Positions 59,925-64,000 of a stretch of DNA of 64,000 nucleotides are shown piece after piece. The notes under the pieces are model-generated. The model was not told where the DNA came from. It did no database searches and saw only the letters and a list, made by a program, of their open reading frames with translations. This DNA is from an uncultured Acidobacteriota bacterium (GTDB taxonomy: Bacteria > Acidobacteriota > Vicinamibacteria > Fen-336): contig OY970399.1 in NCBI GenBank assembly GCA_963720545.1, positions 3,840,001 to 3,904,000 of the forward strand. Direction: 5' to 3'. Within the stretch, counting starts at the first letter, position 1; the number at the start of each line of letters is the position of its first letter. The position numbers were made by a program, and so were the translations under genes.

Positions 59925-60791
59925 CTAGTTCGCTGGGGCTTTGGCGAAGCCCAACGTGTCGCGGCCGCGGTCGCGGTCGTGCAGGCGGTCGCGGCCGTAG
60001 GGCGCATCGGGGATGATGCCGAGGGCGCGCAGGCCGGAGGCGTACTCGTAGCGCAGGGTGACGTTTTGCGCCGCCACGGGCTCGTAGTCGAAGTCGACGA
60101 GCTGCACACGGTCGTCGGTGCGCTCGCCCCAGCCGGTGCCGGGGTAGCTGCGTCGGCTTTCGCGCGCGGCGCCTGCCGCCGCTTTCGCCTCGGGCGCGGC
60201 CGCGGCCGGAGCGGCGTCGGCGCTCTGGTCACTGCGAGCGCGGGCGCCTGAGTCCGTCTCGGCTTCCGGGCCGGCTTCGCTGCGTTCGAGCTGCGCCATG
60301 GCGCGCAGCGGACGGCGCTCGCGATACGCGGCGACTTCCACCCAGCCCATCTTTTCGTTGGCCTTGCCGGAACGCGCGGCATACGAGCGGCGCTCGTCGA
60401 TGAAGGTGAAGCGGCGCACTTCCGCGAGCGAACTGCGCCAGCCGCGGATGGTCGCCTCCTGCCACGGGTCGAGGATGTACATGCGCCCCGGGCTCCCGGC
60501 GTGGTCGCGTTCTCCGCTGATGACGTTGAGGCCGTCGACGTCGAGGTCGACGCCGATGCGGCCGCCGGTCCGGTTGCGCAACACGATTTCGTACGGCGCG
60601 CCGGCGCGGGCCTCGAAGTAGGAACGGCCCGAGGCATCGACGGCGTCGTAGAGGGGTGTCGTGGCCCCGTCGATGCGGATCTCGACCGCGACCAGCGGCC
60701 ATCGTCCGCGGGACAGGACCTCGTGCGCGGCGGCCGGCACGGCTGCGGCGGGGATCGAAACGGCAAGAAGAGCCAGGATTCTCGGGTTCAT
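59925..60791 (-). CDS. Exported hypothetical protein
   Basis: Signal peptide; Y.EAR.G..Y.I..RN, VDGLNVISG, I.GWR.S, GTGWGE. Confidence 0.75.
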   Translation of the reverse strand: MNPRILALLAVSIPAAAVPAAAHEVLSRGRWPLVAVEIRIDGATTPLYDAVDASGRSYFEARAGAPYEIVLRNRTGGRIGVDLDVDGLNVISGERDHAGSPGRMYILDPWQEATIRGWRSSLAEVRRFTFIDERRSYAARSGKANEKMGWVEVAAYRERRPLRAMAQLERSEAGPEAETDSGARARSDQSADAAPAAAAPEAKAAAGAARESRRSYPGTGWGERTDDRVQLVDFDYEPVAAQNVTLRYEYASGLRALGIIPDAPYGRDRLHDRDRGRDTLGFAKAPAN

Positions 60792-60834
60792 GGTTTGTCC
60801 CTCGTTCAGCCTGGATACGCGGCCGAACGCCCGG

Positions 60835-61614
60835 TTATTCCTGTTCGCGGTGGAAACCTCGCCGCGAGGCGGCGGCGAAAGCACCCATTTCCTGCGCCAG
60901 CGGCTCGCCGAGCGCCGCGACCCTGGCCAGCGCCTCGGCCAGCGGCAGGCCGGTGCGCGCCAGCAGGCGATAGGCCTCCTTCAGGGCCTGGCGGCTCTCC
61001 GCAGAGACCCCGGCGCGGCGCAGGCCGACCGTGTTGAGGCCGCGAGCGTGTCCCGGGTTGCCGTCGGTGACGGTGAACGGCAGGCAATCCTGCACGATCT
61101 TGGCGAGGCCGCCGACCATCGCCAGACGCCCGATACGGCAGAACTGGTGCACGCCGCAGATCCCGCCAAGGAACGCGCGGTCGCCGACCTCCACATGGCC
61201 CGCGAGCGCGACGTTGTTGGCTATCACCACGGAGTCGCCGATGGTGTCGTCGTGCGCGACGTGCGCGTTCACCATAAGGAAGCAGTGCGAGCCGATGCGC
61301 GTCGTGCCGCCGAGTACCGTGCTGCGGTGCGCGGTGACGTTCTCGCGAATGCGGTTGTTGTCGCCGATGACGAGGTGCGACACAGCGTCCTTGAAACCGA
61401 CGTGCTGTGGTTCGCCGCCCAGCACCGCGCCCTCGTGGACGACGTTGCCCTTGCCCAGGGTCGTGTGGCTCTTGATCGAGACCCGCGGGTGCAGCACCGT
61501 ACCGTCGCCCAGCACGGTGTGCGCCTCGACCACGCACCACGCGCCGATCACGACGCCGTCGCCGAGCACCGCATCGGCGCTGACGACTGCCGTCTCGTGG
61601 ATGCGCGCGTTCAC
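60835..61614 (-). CDS. lpxA: UDP-N-acetylglucosamine O-acyltransferase
   Basis: Hexapeptide repeats, HVAHD, VHQFCRIG, GLNTVGLRR. Confidence 0.93.
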   Translation of the reverse strand: MNARIHETAVVSADAVLGDGVVIGAWCVVEAHTVLGDGTVLHPRVSIKSHTTLGKGNVVHEGAVLGGEPQHVGFKDAVSHLVIGDNNRIRENVTAHRSTVLGGTTRIGSHCFLMVNAHVAHDDTIGDSVVIANNVALAGHVEVGDRAFLGGICGVHQFCRIGRLAMVGGLAKIVQDCLPFTVTDGNPGHARGLNTVGLRRAGVSAESRQALKEAYRLLARTGLPLAEALARVAALGEPLAQEMGAFAAASRRGFHREQE

Positions 61615-63056
61615 TGGGCGCGCGGGGCGGGACCGAGCACTTCGTCGATGCTGCGCACGCTCACGGTGCCGAGATTCAGTGCCCGCAGCGGCGCTTCCAC
61701 CGTCTTGCGGTCGCCGACCACCACCAGCGCCATCCTCGCCGGGTCGATCCACGTCGCAGCCGCCTTCTGCATGCGCGGCGGGTCCACGGCGAGCGCGTCG
61801 GGGACGAACGCCGCAATCCCGTCCACGGGCAGGCCGTAAACCCAGGCGGCCGCGAGCTTCGCGCCGAGCTGACGCGTCGTTTCCAGTGTGGCGCCGTACC
61901 CCAGCGCCTTGTAGTTGCGGGTGCGCTCGGCTTCCGCGGCCGTCGGCAGGGTGCGGATGCGGCGCAGCTCGTTCATGAACTCGGACACCGCCGGCGCCGT
62001 CTTGTCGGTCTGCACGTCGGCGGCGGCCACGAACGAGCCGCCCGCGCCGCGATAGTCGAAGCGCGAGCTGGCGCTATATCCGTAGCCGTTGCGCTCGCGG
62101 ATGTTGGAATTGAGGCGCGACGAGAACGAGCCGCCGAGGAGCGTGTTGAGCACCTCGAGAGTCGCGAAGTCGGGGGTGCGGCGCGACGGACCGACGGCGC
62201 CGAAGCGGATCACGGATTGGGCCGCGTCCGGCTTGTCGACGAGGACGATCGCCAGGCGGCGAAGCGGCGCCGGTATTGGCAACTCGGCGGCGGCAGCGCT
62301 GCCTTTGGCCCACGCACCGAATGCCTTTTCGAGCAGCGGCAGCACCGCGTCCGCTGAAGTCGCGCCGGTCACCACGATGGCGGCGCGGTCGGCCGTGTAG
62401 CGCGCGGCGTGGAACGCCTGCAGGTCGGCCCGCGTCAATCCCGCGACGGCGGCGGCAGTGCCGCGGATCGGCGTGCCGTAGCGATGCGCGGCGCCGAACA
62501 CCGCCCGTGCGAGTGCCGCGGAGGCGATGTCCTGGGATTCATCGCGCGACTGCAGGAACTCGGCGAGCCGGTCGGCGCGCACGCGCTCCAGGTCGGCGGC
62601 TGGGAAGTCGGGCCGCAGGACGATCTCGGCGAGCACCGGCAGCGCCTGCTCGAGCCGCGCTACGGGCACGTGCAGCACCACTGCGGCGTGGTCCCACGCG
62701 GCACCGGCAGTCACCTCCGCGCCGAGGAAGTCGAGGCTGTCTTCCACTTGCAGTGCGTCCTTGCCACCGGCGCCTTCGTCCAGCATGTCGGCGGTGAGGA
62801 GTGCCAGCCCCGGCTTTCCGGCAGGATCGGTCGCGGCGCCCGCGCGCACCACCACCGAGATGTCGACAACCGGCACCTCGTCCATGGTCGCGACCATCAC
62901 CGGAATGCCGTTCGCAAGCGTGCGGCTGACGACGGCCGGCAGCTTCAGCGGCCGCACCGGGCCGGGGGCCGGCGGCTTGCTGCGGTCGGCCGCGGGCGCC
63001 GTTGCGCCGGCTGCGGCAAGGGTGAGCGCTGCGAGGCTGCCGAGGGCGCGGTTCAT
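61611..63056 (-). CDS. M16 peptidase-like subunit (no HxxEH)
   Basis: LANG, DP.GKPGLA, LGGSFSSRLN.NIRE..GY.Y. Confidence 0.88.
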   Translation of the reverse strand: MNRALGSLAALTLAAAGATAPAADRSKPPAPGPVRPLKLPAVVSRTLANGIPVMVATMDEVPVVDISVVVRAGAATDPAGKPGLALLTADMLDEGAGGKDALQVEDSLDFLGAEVTAGAAWDHAAVVLHVPVARLEQALPVLAEIVLRPDFPAADLERVRADRLAEFLQSRDESQDIASAALARAVFGAAHRYGTPIRGTAAAVAGLTRADLQAFHAARYTADRAAIVVTGATSADAVLPLLEKAFGAWAKGSAAAAELPIPAPLRRLAIVLVDKPDAAQSVIRFGAVGPSRRTPDFATLEVLNTLLGGSFSSRLNSNIRERNGYGYSASSRFDYRGAGGSFVAAADVQTDKTAPAVSEFMNELRRIRTLPTAAEAERTRNYKALGYGATLETTRQLGAKLAAAWVYGLPVDGIAAFVPDALAVDPPRMQKAAATWIDPARMALVVVGDRKTVEAPLRALNLGTVSVRSIDEVLGPAPRAQ

Positions 63057-64000
63057 TGGCCAGCCTGCGCGGCGGCGACGCCGAGCTGCCTGGCACCTTG
63101 CGGCACCACCGACAGCACCGCGCGGCCGGGGCCGAGGAAGCGGGTGGCGGCGGCGCGCACGTCCGCAGGCTTCACCGCCATGTAGCGCGCCAGGTCGGCG
63201 CCGAAATAGTCGGGGATACCGGTATAGAAGAAGTAGCGGTTGAGGCTGTCGGCCTTGCCGTCGAACGAGCCCACCGACTCGAGGCCGTCGTAGAACGAGG
63301 CCTCGGTGCGATTGCGGAAGCGCGCGACTTCCCGCTCGGCCGGTGCTTCCGCCTGCAGCTTCGCGATCTCTTCGTCCACCAGCTTCAGAATCGAGCCCAG
63401 GTCTTTGCCGGCGCGGGCGGTGACGACGATGACGAAGGTGGAGGCCATGCCGCCCGGCTGCTGGAAGGCGGCGACATCCTGCGCCGCCTTGAGGTCGTAC
63501 ACGAGCCGCTTGTAGAGCCGCGAGTTCTTGCCGTTCGCGAGCACGCCGGCGAGCGTGTCGAGCGGCGCCTCGGCGGGCGAGAATGCCGGCGGCGTCGGCC
63601 AGACGATGTAGAGGCGCGGCACCTGCACCTGATCCTCGATCACGCGCCGCTTCTCGCTCGTGAGCGTCACCGGCCGCGGCACTAGCGGCTCGAGCGGCTC
63701 GCTCTTCGGCACGTCGCCAAACCACTTCTCGGCGAGCGTGCGGACCTGCGCGGTGTCGACGTCGCCGGCAATCGACACGCTCGCGTTCGCCGGCCCGTAG
63801 TACGTCTTGAAGAAGTCGACCACGTCCTGGTAGCCGGCCGCGCCCAGGTCGGTCATCGAGCCTATGGTCGGCCACGAGTACGGGTGGTCCTTCGGAAAGA
63901 TCATCTCGATGAGGTTCAGCTCGGCCATCCCGTAAGGGCGGTTCTCGTAAGACTGGCGGCGCTCGTTCTTCACGACATCGCGCTGGCCGTCCACCTTGGC
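63053..64000 (-). CDS. M16 zinc peptidase (5' end outside the window)
   Basis: VVKNERRQ.YEN.PYG, HPYSWPTIG, SRLYKRLV. Confidence 0.88.
   Translation of the reverse strand, partial: AKVDGQRDVVKNERRQSYENRPYGMAELNLIEMIFPKDHPYSWPTIGSMTDLGAAGYQDVVDFFKTYYGPANASVSIAGDVDTAQVRTLAEKWFGDVPKSEPLEPLVPRPVTLTSEKRRVIEDQVQVPRLYIVWPTPPAFSPAEAPLDTLAGVLANGKNSRLYKRLVYDLKAAQDVAAFQQPGGMASTFVIVVTARAGKDLGSILKLVDEEIAKLQAEAPAEREVARFRNRTEASFYDGLESVGSFDGKADSLNRYFFYTGIPDYFGADLARYMAVKPADVRAAATRFLGPGRAVLSVVPQGARQLGVAAAQAGQ

Overview
High-GC bacterial chromosomal segment, probably Acidobacteriota-like (tandem secreted VWA proteins and a MARGxxSK small protein; inference only). Most of it is housekeeping and metabolic genes: pxpBCA, recA, hbd, thiolase, maf, aroKA, suhB, a paoABC-like operon, pntA, mlaEFD, corA, glgB/GH57, lpxA and M16 peptidases. 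Three accessory parts stand out. (1) Next to the 3' end of tRNA-Phe are a Rad50/RloC-like ATPase and a sucrose-phosphate synthase/phosphatase coupled to an atypical GH32. (2) A ~6.6 kb lower-GC islet without an integrase sits at tRNA-Leu(TAA), bounded by a 21-bp direct repeat. It carries general-stress genes, three sigma54-type promoters, a duplicated acidic-peptide/micro-lipoprotein cassette and four paralogous ~70-aa SH3-like microproteins. One of these has an in-frame UGA at the position of a Cys in two paralogs, followed 11 nt later by a SECIS-like hairpin, making it a candidate new selenoprotein. (3) Five clusters of mosaic palindromic REP/BIME-like repeats show compensatory base changes, and one brackets a GIY-YIG nuclease remnant. 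Six genes carry 1-2 bp frameshifts, most likely sequencing or assembly indels. All calls are by eye from motifs; no database searches were run.
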